64,000 nucleotides of DNA, taken from Antedon mediterranea. Taxonomy: Eukaryota > Animalia > Echinodermata. Below, piece by piece: positions 11,438 through 26,033 of the stretch (its first letter is position 1; every line of letters begins with the position of its first letter). The position numbers and the translations under genes are program-made. The notes below the pieces were generated by a model. That model searched no databases and was not told where the DNA came from. It saw nothing but the letters and a program-made list of their open reading frames with translations. The stretch is from the NCBI RefSeq assembly GCF_964355755.1, contig NC_092672.1, forward strand, positions 36,648,437 to 36,712,436, written 5' to 3'.

Positions 11438-13686
11438 TACGTGTGAATCAGGTATATTGTCGATTCTATCCCCGTTCACATTCATCATACCTATGACCTA
11501 TATAATAATTACTATTATTAATGTTCAGTGCACTAATTTTGTGCACAATTTGACCGATTTAATAATCAAACGTCATTAAATGTGCACTTTGCTCATTTGT
11601 ATTTTGTGCTTAACGTTACAATTATTTCCTGTGTTGTGTTGTGACTGTAATAAGTAAATAATCTATATTTAATAATCGTATGTTGTAATTTATGGTGCCT
11701 TGTTTTAAAATGCCAGTTTTCAATTTGTGTACATTCCACGTGCATTAAGACTGATTGTAATTAATTCTCGCAATTATTCGTCCAAATGATTTGCTAATTA
11801 TGCGCGTTCAATGGCGCATAAAATCTGTGATCAATAATCGTACATGGGATTGAATTTCACACAATTGTGGTGATAGTTGTGCCGCTACCGTGGTGATGGG
11901 CTTTCCTGGGTTATTCAGGTGGTCTAGCCACGTCAAATAAGCCGATGTTGTCGGTGGGTTTCCCTAGCCTTGTCAAGCTGTGAAAAACAAGCCACTAACA
12001 TGACCAGTACGAGGTTTGATTTCTAACTAAAGGCAAATTAGATTAAATTATCTGTCTGAAAACAAATAATACAAGGCAGAGAGTTCCCCCTTCTCTATCA
12101 TTTAGTAAATTATATACACATAACGTTATATTTTAGAAAAGAAAAGATATTTTTGTCATCAGTGATGTTTGTTGTTGCATTGCAAACACTAATTCTCAGA
12201 GAATCCGTTTCACTACAGCTACAACTAAGTCGAGGCAAGTTGGTTTAAAATTAATTACATCAGTCTTTTTTTGTTGTATTTATGAACGTCACTGTATTTT
12301 ATTTTCACGACAACGATGTTAGATTGTCAGATATTAGATCGTTAAATATGTTGCTTTGTATGTGGATTACAGGCAAAGATTTTTTTTTCTTCTCTCGATT
12401 CCAGAATAAAAATTTTTCTCAATTCACAAATGAATGTGTAACTGGTATAAGTAGTTTATATTATAACGTTCGTTTACACGACCTTCTATTTTCTACGTAG
12501 CTTCTAAAAACCGACTTTTGATGATTGTGCAAAAAGCACATTCATATTCCGAAAAATGCCACCCCTAATATTTTGTTTTGCCCGGCCCAAGTGGTGTTCT
12601 AGTCCCTCTAATTTATGGTGTTACATGTGAATCCATGGCTCACGTTATTTTCTCATTATTTATAAATGTATACATTTCCTTTAGTATTTCTGTCCAATCC
12701 AAAAGCTTGGCTCCCCTATAGGACTCAACGCAAGGGTTATACGCGCGCGTAAAGCTAGCTTAGACATCATCGAGTAGTGATTAGGCAAAATACTTGCGTC
12801 GCGCTTACCTACTTCTTGCGCTGCGTCATGGGAACGACGCTTTACGTAATTAAATATTATGACCAATTAGGCTTGGTTCTCACCAAACACGCAACAAAAG
12901 GACGTAACGCAACGTAAGGTAGTTGGCCAATCACAAGCGATGAATTAAACTGTCGCTTGTCATTATTCAACACGTTTGCGTTGCGTTTACGTCATTGCGT
13001 TACGTTCTAGTGGGAACCAAGCGTCACAGGTGACATTTGTTGCGTCCACTTGTTAACAAACAGATAACATGATTAGCCAATGGCAGCATTTATTTCAAGA
13101 CAAAAATCATAACATGCCCTTGACATTATTAAGTTTTGGATGAGTATTAAAAAAAATCTGCTAGAGGCAACAGAAATATGTATATATCCAACAGCCTTCT
13201 GGGATTAGTTTTTATAGATTTCTATCAAAACTAAAATTCCTCGAGTGATATACATACATGTTTTATATTCAAAAACGATTTTTTCACCTGCTATATGTAT
13301 GTATTAACAAAGGCATCCGAAAGGTTAGGTAGTTAAACCCTTAATTACTGTTGTAAAAATGACATATGACATTTTGTGATTGACTTATCAGATTGATTTG
13401 TTTAATATTGATTGACTGATTGCATGTAGTTGGTCATTAACTATTTCAATATAACGTAATTATATAGAACATTAACAGAAACATGACTGTATAATTTAAA
13501 TACATTGCGAAATATATCAAATAAAGTCAAAGTTTCAGTTGTGTATTTAATTTATAAACACGAAATCAGGTATCGTATTTTCTGTGATCACCTAGATTGG
13601 ACATCCTTCTTCTCTGATAAGACAGCAATATTAAATATAGCCTATTCGTTCTCTTCTATCAGAAGTCCCCTCGATTATTACCCTTA

Positions 13687-13843
13687 AGGCCAATTCACAC
13701 AGACGAGCAGTAACGGCAGTAGAATCTGTATCTAATCGTGAGCAGAAATCGTCCGTCTGCCCCGCTATGTGTAAATGGTCTTAAGGAATAACATAGATTC
13801 TATATTTTTATTACCGTTACCGCTCGTCTGTGTAAATTGGCCT
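13687..13843. mobile_element. MITE family D (PIF/Harbinger-like), 157 bp
   Basis: ~30-bp TIRs AGGCCAATTCACACAGACGAGCAGTAACGG / CCGTTACCGCTCGTCTGTGTAAATTGGCCT, with TTA on both sides. Confidence 0.85.
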
Positions 13844-14601
13844 TTATCCATCCCCCACACTCCTTCCATTGAAGACACCCCTCCCACATTTTTTTTGTGT
13901 CTCAGATAAACACTCGATTCAAGATCAAAAGAAAAGGTGTGAGAAATGTAACTGACATCACGTGTTGAAGTCTCCCGTTTGATGACTTCAAATTCAAGAT
14001 ATCCGTCTAGTGTATGCATCACAGGATCTAAAGTTGTGAAAATCGTTTGACGATTGCCCAAAGTAGACTTGCGTCATCTGTCATCACAGAAATTTATTCT
14101 ATATTTCAAGATAGGATTCGTCAGTACTCGATATATTTGTATCAGTGGTTAGTAACTGACTGAATATGAGATAAAACGTGATAGATACAAAAACTCGTTT
14201 GTGTTTAGCGCAGCGAAAATAGTTAGAAGGATCTGTTTCCATAACTGAAACATTTTTATAAAAAGGTCGCGTTGCAGCTAAAAATTGCTCTATCAACCCA
14301 TTTTTTTAAAAACCGATATTTTTGCCGGAATCAATTAATTGGGTTTTTAAACTTTTTATGTGGACACGTTTCTGCTGGCAAAAAAATACCGTTATTTCAA
14401 ATTACGGTATTTGAAATCCGTTTCCCTTGCTCAGTAGAAACAGGCTCTAACAGTTTAAGTTTGCATTTTTCTACTTTAGAAAAAAGGAAGTTATAGGCCG
14501 AAAAAAAGCATCTAAAATCTAGATGAGGTAAAACGACGGAAAGAGAATACATTGCAAATAACTAAATAATTGGCACAGCTGCATGAATTGAAGTAGGTCC
14601 T

Positions 14602-15760
14602 AAACTACGGGGCGCAATGTCCCATACGGCGCCCCGTCCTAAACGAGTATAACACACAACACTATAATACAAAGTAATAAATAAACTCCACTATTTCCAA
14701 ATCCATTTTCAAATTTAACTGACTTTTCTCACAGCCCCTGGACAACTCAAATTCTCAAACAAACAACTTAGTGATCCTGTACTTATAGTCTTATGTGGTT
14801 GGGTCCAAATGCTGAATAATTGAGATCCCATTTGCGTAAGTTGCTAAACATTCCAGGGCTGACCAGACGTGGCTGACCAGTTACGTGCCGTGCCGCAGGC
14901 ATACTCTACCCACGATAATTACGTTCGACCCAGGCTAAATTTGATAAATGACCGTTCATCGGTATATTAACACAAATAGAAAACATGGTGACTACCATAC
15001 AGAATGACACTGGACATCAAAAGAACCTAATTGACCGTTCACGCACTTTGACCACGATAGGCAAATAGCATAACTACCGTACGCAACGATTTATTTCAAA
15101 AAGACGATGTCTTCGAAACATCTTCAATTTGGTCACGACTCATTTTACCTGATTACCTGACATTACAACATTAACAAAGTTCACAAAATGTCCTCTATTC
15201 GGCCTAGATCTCAAAGTGAAATTAGTTCAAAAATCGATTACCTGTCTGGGTGACGCTCGCAGAAACCACTTTTGCTACCGATTAATTAAGTAATTGTACG
15301 TTTTCTGTATCAAATCCCTTGCAGACCGGATTCAAAATTTGGTCAAGTAACGGAATAATTGTTCAGTAGCATTCTCGTCCCAAATTTTGAATAGAGTTAC
15401 AGACACATTGCTCTATCTGCACAATGTCAAATGTCAGTTGGATTGGACTAGGCCTGGATGGAACTAGGCGTGGGTGAAACTGGGCGAGGTTGCATAGTTT
15501 GGACGCATCTAAACCATTGCTTTTTCTAAACTCGCAGAACTGCACATAAGCTTGTATCACCCGATTATCGTACGGTATCAGTTCTTGTTCATTCAGTCGC
15601 TAAACACTTAATAATAATTGTAGAAAACGCAATACAACTTTCACTATGATTATTACTTTAGACCTTAAATGTAATTATCTTTGATAAACAACCGTACCAA
15701 CAAACAAGATGATTGCGGGGACTGCTGGGGTTATCGTGACACTTTCAGCTGTAGAAAAAC
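14602..15760 (-). mobile_element. Possible Helitron/Helentron-type non-autonomous element (right boundary uncertain)
   Basis: GC-rich hairpin ACGGGGCGC...GCGCCCCGT followed on the minus strand by AGTTT; internal AAATTTGGTCA-type motifs; GC content above the flanks. Confidence 0.35.
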
Positions 15761-17449
15761 AATTTAGTATTAATGATAGTTAAATATTGTACATGTACAA
15801 TAAGTAACTAAGGCCTAATTTAACAAACATTTTTGTCATTTTGTCAGAAGAAATACAGCGAAGAAATTTGGCCGCGTTCGCGCAAATATTTTTGTCATTT
15901 TGTCAGAAGAAACACAACGAAGACATTTGGTCACGTTTGCGCATGTACGTCACGTTTTGTACATCTTGTGCATGACTATGTTATATCGCGGTGTCTCTAT
16001 CGCGGGTGTGACTAATATAAAGTGTCATATCAGGGAAGAGTTAAATTACACTTCCCTGGTCATATCCACGCGGGTACCCTTCCTTTTCCCTAACCACCAC
16101 CATAGTAGCAGTCACTGTGAAATGTGCACAGGAAGCAAACAGCGCTTCACGTTTCAGCGATAAAATGTAATAACATTTAATATAGATCTGTAAATTAATG
16201 GTCCGTTGAAAAAACGCTAATGTAAATCAATGAAGTGCATATTTTCTAATTTATCAATATGTATGATGCATTTTGTAATAATTTAGATTTAATTTCCCAT
16301 CCGTACGGTAATGATATTATTTTGATTATTTATAAATTAATTCACAGCACGAATATGGTTATGCAATACTGATTGTTATACAGTCTTTAAAATATTATTG
16401 TCTCAAAATAAATAAAACAAAAAAACGAAAAACGCTGCATTAAAAATATGGTCAACATGCAATTCTGAAATGTTGTTTCAAAATAAATTTTTTAAAACGA
16501 AAAACGTTGCATTAAAAGATAACGCCAATGTGATTGGTTATATATTTATATAAATATAAAATATTTTCTACTAAAAAGCCCACTAAAATGTTTATGCGTA
16601 TTATCTGCAATGGAAAATTTAATATATCGAAGATAATAACACACGGCGGCAATGATCATTCCAAAAAGTGCTATTATTATTTTCCATTCTCAATAGCAGA
16701 TGTAATTACCTTTGGCGGTGAAAAAGACACAATGGTCATAAAGTTATACAATTTAAATATCAAACACTAATATTAACATCGGATTCACACATTAAATATT
16801 GGTTCCCACTTGGACGCGACGCAAGGGTTAACATGTCGTGTGAATGCAACTTTAAACTTTTACTGATCGTAGATAGCCTGCGGCGTATGGCACGCGACCG
16901 GTGTATTATTCAGAAGACATCTCAGACGCCTAGGTGTTAGTTTCCACACTCGCCCCTCTGTAATACTATATCAACTCTGGAAATAAGAGCTTTGTGAATT
17001 AAATCACATTAGTTTTGTGGAATTTCTATATTTAACATGATATTGAAATGTAACTATCCTCGATGTACATTTGTTATCTCAAACCAGTTTGTTTTATTAC
17101 CTCGGAAATGTACACATTCACACGTGGAAATAAAATGGCTATTCCAGTGGCTATTAAATTGGTCACTGGTTCGTAAATTTTTAAAGTTATTACAATAGCT
17201 ATACACGCTCTCAATTAAACTCACGTGGTAATCTAACAAGTTATGTTTTTGCAGAAAATAGATACGATACCTTAACCATGGAAGTTGATGAATCGATTGA
17301 GTTTTGTTTGTTTTGTCATTGAGTATCCATATAATAGAGTTGTATTGGCAATAGTTCACTACTGTATTCATCCACTGATAGTGTAACTATCCGACATCAC
17401 ACTCATTATGAACATACCGGGTCATCAACGTCACGTATCATAGATTATC

Positions 17450-17570
17450 ATTAAAAAATAATTATCACACGCATTATCATTAAACGCGTCATAATAATGC
17501 GCATATCATAATCTTGCGCGTCATAATCGTGCGCATCATAATAGTGCGCGTCATAATCGTGCCCATCATC
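17450..17570. repeat. Degenerate 15-bp tandem repeat
   Basis: CATAATC(G/T)TGCGC(G/A)T-like units; source of the YDAHD repeat ORF. Confidence 0.8.
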
Positions 17571-17671
17571 AACATTAATAATATTATCACAATCTTCACA
17601 CGCATAGTTTTCGTGTATCAAGATTTTACGCAAAACCATACGCGCGCACAATAACCATGCACATCGTCTTA

Positions 17672-18040
17672 AGCTGATTTTCCACTAGGCGAAATTGTTC
17701 GCGCGAATCGAAAGCGTCATGCTATACGCATGCGTATTCGAGTCTGTCATACTCCCTTCTTCGACGAATTCTAGTTCCTTTGATTTTTCGCTTCAGCGAA
17801 ATTTACTAGTTCGAATTGTTTCTACTTTTTGCGAAGCGAAATATTGCGCAACCAATCAGAGCTCAGGAAATGAGCTATGACGCTTTCATGAGCACTCATG
17901 CGAATCGAAATGCTCAGCAACCACGCGAGGAACATGAACGTCGCAGCTATTCGCTAATGTAGTGGAAAGAGAGTAGGCGATTTTTTTCTCTTCGAAACGT
18001 TGGATTCGCGCGAACAAATTCGCCTAGTGGAAAATCGGCT
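17672..18040. mobile_element. MITE family C (PIF/Harbinger-like), 369 bp
   Basis: 38-bp TIRs AGC(T/C)GATTTTCCACTAGGCGAA(A/T)TTGTTCGCGCGAATC with 2 mismatches; TTA TSD at 17669-17671 and 18041-18043. Confidence 0.9.
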
Positions 18041-18043
18041 TTA

Positions 18044-18170
18044 AGCTCTGTCTACACTATCAAACTTTCTGTGACAACAAAAATGTGATGTTCCCATAAA
18101 TGGACATGATGAGGTCATATCACTACCATATTTGGGCACATCACACTTTTTTTTTGTCAAACTAGATAGT
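18044..18170. mobile_element. MITE family A copy directly abutting the family C element
   Basis: AGCTCTGTCTACACTATCAAACT begins immediately after the TTA at 18041-18043; right TIR truncated. Confidence 0.85.
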
Positions 18171-18927
18171 ACCACTATCAATATCTTCATTTCTTATCGT
18201 AATGTCATCGATTTAAGACAGAAATGTTGTTCACTTTATCATCGTCGTCTTCTCACCACACTATTCCTTACATTTCTCTCCCGTCTACTTTAATCGTTAC
18301 ATAATTATAAAAAAAAAAATCCTTTTTTTCATGTGACCCTCATTTTCGTCCTATTTCTCTCGTCAACATTCTCTTCTTCATCTTTTACAGCAACAACATA
18401 ATTGTAATCAAATGCGTAATATCTCATTTATTATCGACCTCTTCTATCACGCCATGCTCCTGCACACCGTAGGCAACTACTGCCTCTAGTAAGCCTAGCT
18501 CACGACCACATGCCCGTACTACAAACCCTCCAACAAATTCGATAAGTGGTAGACGCACACGCCTGTATGCATGGTTTGCGAAAGCCACTTAGGACTTGTG
18601 CTGAGGGGCTGTTCGCAGGTTTATGATCACACACTGGTGTAAATTAAGCGAAATTAGACACTAATTTTATGCGTTACAAAGACGTGCTGAGTACAGGTAT
18701 ATAAACTATAGGTTTGATATTCACTAGGCACCTGTCAATATAGAAGATGTGATTTTCCTGGTGATGATAATGTTTGGTGATGTCGATAATTTGATGATTA
18801 GTTGATGGTGTCGACAAATTTTGATAACAAAGTGATAAACTCATCACTATAAAATGATGATGAGGTAACAACGTGTTGAGACAGGTGAAGACGTTGCTAA
18901 TATTGTAATGATTCGAGCGCGTGCACT

Positions 18928-18990
18928 TGACGATGATGATGATGTTGATGATGATAATGATGATGATGATGATGACGATGATGATGATGA
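18928..18990. repeat. (GAT)n microsatellite
   Basis: Imperfect GAT run; explains the poly-Met ORF 18921-19127. Confidence 0.95.
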
Positions 18991-21777
18991 AAGAACTATT
19001 TACACTAGTATTGCTAATGAGGACAATAATGACAGTGACGTCACAATTAAAAACTATGATTATTTTATATACTAAACTATTTTTAATTCAAATAATATTT
19101 TGCATAATCAAAATGGCGTATACATAGTGAGTGCTAGTAAAGTTTGGCACCCACTTGGACGCAATGCAAAAACGTAGGCGAAACGAAAGTGAGTTGACCA
19201 ATCACAATCGACAGTGACGATCCACCGTGTTGTCACTGGTCAAATTACTTGTTGCGCGCGTACGTGCTTGCGTTGCGTACCGGGAACTAAGCTTTAGAAA
19301 CCTATGCTAATGCAATCTATATTGTAAAAATAAAGCAAAGGACTGAAATGTTCTATAAATAAAACATATTGTATAAATACATAAAATATATCATAATACT
19401 GTACGGGGCAATCGGATTAATGAGCTTAAATGATGATTAAGTAATCCTTTACTCAGAATCTACTTGTACGCCGAACCATTAACCTTCTTCGCCGAATATA
19501 AATCCACGTTCTTAATGTGAAATTCCATAATATTGCATAAAAAATGTATTTACCACCCTTCAATATAATGGCATATTATGCGTTCAATTTATCGGATTGG
19601 GTTGACTCGTATGGTACCAACATAAATTCCCCTTGAGTTTTAATGACGCTTTGCTATACGATTCTTTTTTTTGTGCATTTTTTTAACACCATAGACCACA
19701 TAGAGGCAACGCTGTGAGAATCGGATGCTTTACACACCAGATTTTATATTAGATCACATTTATGACACATGTAGCCCACCATAGCTACCAACATGGCAAG
19801 CTTGGAATTCGAATGTTTCAATTAATAGATCAGTTATGACACATTTGGAACACCATAGATACCCGAGGTAAGGAATTCGAATGTAGGATGTTTTAAATAA
19901 TAGATCACATTTATTGCAGATTCGGCACACCATAGATAAGAATATGAATATATGACGGATTCCAGTACAAGATCCTGAATTGGAAGTAGATTTCCAAAAT
20001 GAGTTTAATAAAATTAATATGAAACAAACTGATGTTGCACACACGTATCGGAGCCATAAAGTCTTTTTTTATGTGTGTATAAATGTGTTTCGGCTCCTGC
20101 TGCCGATATTAGTGCTGCAGCGGTTGTACAAGAGCACGTCTACAATTTGAAATTATTAATATATTCAATACATTTATGTATGATGAATAGATATAGAAGA
20201 ATAATAGGCGTATTTATACACCTAAATAATATTGACTTAGAGTGTGTTCGACCCTCTAGTTGTAATACAATAACTCTATAGACGTACAAATGCGTGTTGA
20301 GAAGAACAGGAAAATTACACATCCATACACATTTGGTCCTGGCGTACACGGAATTTCTTTAGAAATTCTAGTATAAAAAGCGTATAGTAAAGATTGCATT
20401 GCCTTCCCTGTATATAGTATACAGTATATCACCAGCGCGTACTAAACTTGATACAAGAAATAGCGCCTTCAACAAACACACAACATACCCTCTTAACAAT
20501 TGGATGTTGCTAAACTTATTACAGTGTGCAAAAGACAGCCCATCGATTATCAATATACAACTAATTGCGCCAGACGAAGAAAATATCGATACAAAACACA
20601 TTCAGCATATTGATTGAATGGATTCAGAAAGTTGCGATTGGTATATCTTTGTGTAACGAAGAGAGAATATATTCACCTTTGTGACCGTCAATTTCAATCT
20701 TCAAGCTCATTAAATCAGTAATGTACAATAATGTTGTAAATAAAGGCGTTTCTAAATTTGTATGTGTCGTGTGTTGGTATTGCGTCACAAATATGAAACA
20801 AGTTGAAATAGTGGGGTGAAAATGAACAGTGAGGCCTAAAGCTCTGTCTACATTTAAAAATGTGATGTGCCCATATATGGACATGATGATGTCATATCAC
20901 TACCATATTTAGGCATATCGCACTTGTTTTGTCAAACTAGTTTGATAGTGTAGACAGGGCCTAATAAAGCTAACTAAGCACTTGAAATAAGGTTGTAGGT
21001 CAACAGAGAAATCGATATAATTAATTAAATGAAGCTAAATAATGATACATGCTTGTATTTCTCATTTGTCACTTTTAATAAATGTATAATTATAAAAATA
21101 TTTTTAAAAAGGCGTTAGTAAACCATTGCTCAATGTTGTAACAAAATTACATTCATTCTAATGTTATAAATTATCTTGAAATTGGCGCGAGAGTCAGAGT
21201 GGTAGTCTGTTTGATTCGGTAAATGAATGATGTTCGATTTATATAGCGCTTATACAATCAAAAGATTGTCCAAAAGCGCTGAGAGAAAAAACAGAAAGAA
21301 ATTACAAATAAAGTAAAGACCTAATGATTACAATGAAATAATCTATGAACCACGTTGTATTATCTGACCGCAACCTTAATGATGACCCATATCAATACGC
21401 CTTAGCCATGCAGAAAAATCAAACGAAATCATCGATTTGCCGGTGTATATGGTCCTAGAACAAAGCAAGACCACAGGCCTACACATAATATTGTTGTAAG
21501 GACATGCCACAGACCTACAAATATATTTGTGAATCGCTTTACTGATTAATATACAGGTCATGAAATACAGTAAGGAAATATAATGTCGACGTACTTTCAT
21601 ATTAGACCACAAATTAATATTCAATGTAAACAGAAAAATATAATCCTATTTCTAATCCAATTTTGAATCAAGTATGGAAATTTCGAACATAAACATAAAT
21701 TTAAAATTCCGAAGAGAGTGAGTTACTTTTTCTTATAAATTTACTAATGAACCATCTGGTTTTTATGGTTGGTCTAA

Positions 21778-21938
21778 AGCTCTGTCTACACTATCAAACT
21801 AGTTTGACAAAAAAAGTATAATGTGCCTAAATATGGTAGTGATGTGTCCAACTAATTGGTGGTGATATGACATCATCATGTCTATATATTGGCACATTAC
21901 ATTTTTGTCACATAAAGCTTGATAGTGTAGACAGAACT
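21778..21938. mobile_element. MITE family A
   Basis: Both TIRs present, two internal 21-bp units. Confidence 0.85.
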
Positions 21939-21986
21939 CAAGGAAACGGATATTTAAAGTGTGATAGGACAACAATTGGCTTTTAA

Positions 21987-22124
21987 AGCTCTGTCCACAC
22001 TATCAAACTTTATGTGACAAAAAAATGTGATGTGCCCATATATGGACATGATGATTTCATATCAGTACCATTTATGGGTACGTCACACTGTTTGTCAAAC
22101 TAGTTTGATAGTGTAGACAACGCT
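21987..22124. mobile_element. MITE family A, opposite orientation to the adjacent copy
   Basis: Both TIRs present; TAA and TTA flanks. Confidence 0.85.
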
Positions 22125-22190
22125 TTAAAAACTGACGAACAAACGGACTGAACCAGACACTATTTCACGATAAAAAAAAAAAACATGCTA

Positions 22191-22348
22191 AGCTTTGTTC
22201 TCACTAGGACGCAACGCAAGGATGTAGACGCAACGAAAGTGAGTTGACCAATGACAAGCGAAGGATTATTCGAACTGTCGCTTGTCATTGGTGAACACGC
22301 TTGCGTTGCGTTTACGTCCTTGCGTTGCGTCCTAGTGGGAACCAAGCT
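22191..22348. mobile_element. MITE family B
   Basis: Near-palindromic, both TIRs present. Confidence 0.85.
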
Positions 22349-24402
22349 CTACAAACCATAACGTGACGTGATATCAGCATGCTAACGGTTAGCTGATAAT
22401 TGATGAACATCGATTTGACAAGAACGTAACGTATCTATACACACAATTGTATTTATAAATGAATTCATTTAGTTTTGACAATGTTTGAACAAGTTAAATA
22501 TTGACATTATCCATTCGTTTATTCTAGCGCTGCATTGTGTTTGTCATTACATTAGTAAACATTAAACAAATTGAAACTAAAAACTGATATTTAATGTTGT
22601 TTCATGATGTCAGTTACACACCTGAATTAACCAAGGTATTGACAAAACGCAAAATGCGTCATGATTTAATTAGATAAACGCAAATTCACGGCAAACTGAA
22701 CATTTCGCGGACTTCAACTTTCGCGTGCTTTAACTTTTGCGATAAATTACTTTGCACACACGCAAGAAATATCCATTTGCAGTGACATATCTCTACATAC
22801 GAAACTGGCTTTATAATACACATAAATGTACTTAATAATTAATCTCTAACCAATTCAAAATCAAGTTTGAGAGAAGTTTTGACAACCACCATAAACGAAC
22901 CTATAAGATCGTATGCCCCGAAAATACATCATAACAAATGTCATTTTAAATACTATATGTGCAGAACACGGGATAGTAGCACGTCGTTAGATCACCTATG
23001 CTGTTTTCTGTTTTAGTACCTTTTCTATCTTAGCCCCTAAAGCCAAAACGCAACACTGAATACATGAGTTATATGGATTATCATAATCATTCCAAAATGG
23101 TAGCCATCTAAACCATGGTTTAACATCAGTGTTGAACCGAAACTAAACACGACAGAAAATTAATATAGTTGGGTGTTTTTTTTCAAGCCATTTCAATGTA
23201 ATTACCGATAAACTGGGTATAATTGTCCCAATTATAATAGAACAGTACATATAGAATCAGAGTATAGACCTCGACATACAAATTCTATACAATAAATTCA
23301 TATACATGCTCGCTCAGCGTATGCTGTCAAAAACACGTACATTTGCGATAGATTCATCGATACATATTATGCGCATGCGTTGATTCCGACAACATTAACA
23401 ATAGTGTTCTGATCCGATTAACAGACAATTACATTTGTTAAATCGTGTTTGGTACAAAATTTCATTTCCTCTTTGTGGCGGTGATTATGCGATGACAAAA
23501 AAAGACAGAATGTTTGAGTGGGGGGTTTTTAGCTGATAAATTATGACAGTCAAAACGCCTTCTGGGCAATTCATTAATAGACAACACAAATGGGACGAGA
23601 AATAATCACAATTACGGTGTCAAACTTGATTTCAGATGAATAAATATGATGGTATGCGCTTACCTTCATTAATTTTATTATTGCAGTAGTGTTTTTTTTG
23701 GAATTGTGTGTATATTATATTGGCTAAAATTAATATCATTTTGTTGGATATTTCTTATTTTAGCAACTTGACTTTCTACTTTCTAACAATTAAATTCTAA
23801 ACTTAACCCAAAGCGCATCCATAATTCTTGGTTCATGCAATTCACGCACGTAAGCGCAACGGAAGTAATTTGACCAATCACAAGCAATGGATTATTCAAA
23901 TTTTCGTTTGTGATTGGTCAATTAATTTGCGTTGCGCTTACGTCCTTGCGTTGCGTCCAAAGTGAGAAGCAAGCCCAAGTGATGGCGCGCAAGCCAAGAT
24001 TCGAATTTATGAATATAGTTAGTATTTATAGTCGGCTTTATTGTTATTAGGTAATCGGCGTGACAGCATTTGAACAGAGATTTCTGGATTTCTAAATCTA
24101 GCAAATAAATTTCATCATAATTCAGGAGAAAAGCCTTGAAGCGATAGAAACACGCTACGTGCTCATACATCGATATTATTGCATTTTATATTCATTTTTT
24201 CAATTTCCTAAAAGTTATATTATGGGTTATTTAGAAGTTAATAATGTTTTAATAATGATATTCTGTAACAGCAAGGACTAAATTTATAGCAATGCTGACG
24301 GTTATCGATATGTCATGTCATAAGCATACTAAGGATGGAGGATGTTAATTTTGCATTAAAACCCATATTAGGGAAAACCTTCAGTATACAAATTGTCCCT
24401 AA

Positions 24403-24762
24403 AGCTTGGTTCTCACTAGGACGCAACGCAGGCGAATTAACCAATCAAAAGCAATGGATTATTCGAACTCTCGCTTATGATTGGTCAATTCCCTTGTGTT
24501 GCGGCTTACGTACATCCTTGCGCTCTAGTGGGAACCAAGCTTTAAGCGTGGTTAACGCTTGGTTCCCACTAGGGACGTAACACAGAGCGGCGTATTGACG
24601 CAAAGTGCTATATTGCGTAATCACAAGTGGGGGGACCAACAACGCAATAGTGCTGCAAACATCGCAGGTTTGATTTCACGCAGGCGGGGGCACATTATTG
24701 GAAGGGCATTTTCTAACGTTGCGTAGATTGCGTTACGTTGCGTCGCTAGTGGGAACCAAGCT
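24403..24762. mobile_element. Two abutting family-B-type MITEs (24403-24541 and ~24545-24762)
   Basis: ..GGAACCAAGCT-TTA-AGCGTGGTT..; the second has B-type TIRs with a different interior, shared with the fragment at ~38306-38375. Confidence 0.8.
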
Positions 24763-24839
24763 TTAAATAGGGGTTAGCCGTTGTGTGTTCAAATATATAT
24801 CATCCATAGGGGCATTCCAAAGGAAGGAGGGGTTTACTG

Positions 24840-24845
<6 letters not shown>

Positions 24846-24875
<30 letters not shown>
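24846..24875. repeat. (TAA)n microsatellite
   Basis: About 10 consecutive TAA units. Confidence 0.95.
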
Positions 24876-25556
24876 TTTACATCTCTATATTCGCTAAATA
24901 ATTGACTCAATTATTGTCAAAATTTGATTGATTATAAACACTATGATTGGTGCCAAATGTTATACTGTCTTGATAACTTAATAAGTATAATGTAATATAA
25001 GTACCATGTCGTAACATACTTAAAGATACTTAATTAAAAATGTTAAATAGTTACATACGAGAAATTGTCGACATTAGGTAGGTCTAGCTCTGAGAACATA
25101 CGGTACATATTTGCGTTATAGCATGTACAGCACTTGTCGAGTTGTGATTGACGCAAATGCATTTAATTAATGTTCCACTTAATCGGAAGCAGTAATGTCA
25201 ATCTTCACATTTAGTTGAGTCGCGCTCGGAGACACGCAATATTTCAAACACGCGTACATTTTTCAACCCGTGTTTACACAAACGTCTAGAGAAAACCCTT
25301 ACTTGTGGATTATTCATTCATTCATTCAATCTTTTATTTTGGAAACTCTGGTCCATAGAAAGTAAAAAATTACATATAATTGAAATAAAATAAACAAGAC
25401 TAATTACTACTACTCATCTCGGGATGACATTCCACCTGGAGAGCATCTTCGACTTAACTAAGACGTTGCTATTATCAAACTCTCTGGAGTGTTATGACAG
25501 CGTAACACGGTAAGGTTCGAAACCACTTAGCTGCTACATTTTATACTTAATGCTTA

Positions 25557-25735
25557 CGCGTGGTTCCCACTAGCGACGCAACACAAGGACGTAACGCAAC
25601 GCAAGTGAATTGACCAATCACAAGCGATGCCTTATTCGCTTGTGATTGCTAACTGTCTATAACTTCGCTTGTCATTGGTTAAAACACTTGCGTTGTGTTT
25701 ACGTCCTTGCGTTACGTTCTAGTGTGAACCAAGCT
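25557..25735. mobile_element. MITE family B, full length
   Basis: Both TIRs present; highly similar to 53491-53669. Confidence 0.9.
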
Positions 25736-25878
25736 TAAGAACGATATCATTATTGCCGAAATGACAATCAATTCATCACTTGTATCTTATATAACATTAA
25801 TAACATTTGTTCTATGGAGACAGATGACATTTTATAACCTCACTTACTGGGTGAATCTGATGATAATTTTAGAAGTTA

Positions 25879-26033
25879 AGCTTGGTTCTCACTAGGACGC
25901 AACGCAAGGAAGTAGGCGCAACAACGCAAGCGAGTTGACCAGTCACACACGAATTTTCGAAAAATCTATCGCTTGTGATTGGTCAAATCACATTGCGTTG
26001 CGTCCTTGCGTTGTGTCCTAGTGGGAACCAAGC
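25879..26033. mobile_element. MITE family B
   Basis: Both TIRs present; TTA on both sides. Confidence 0.85.
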
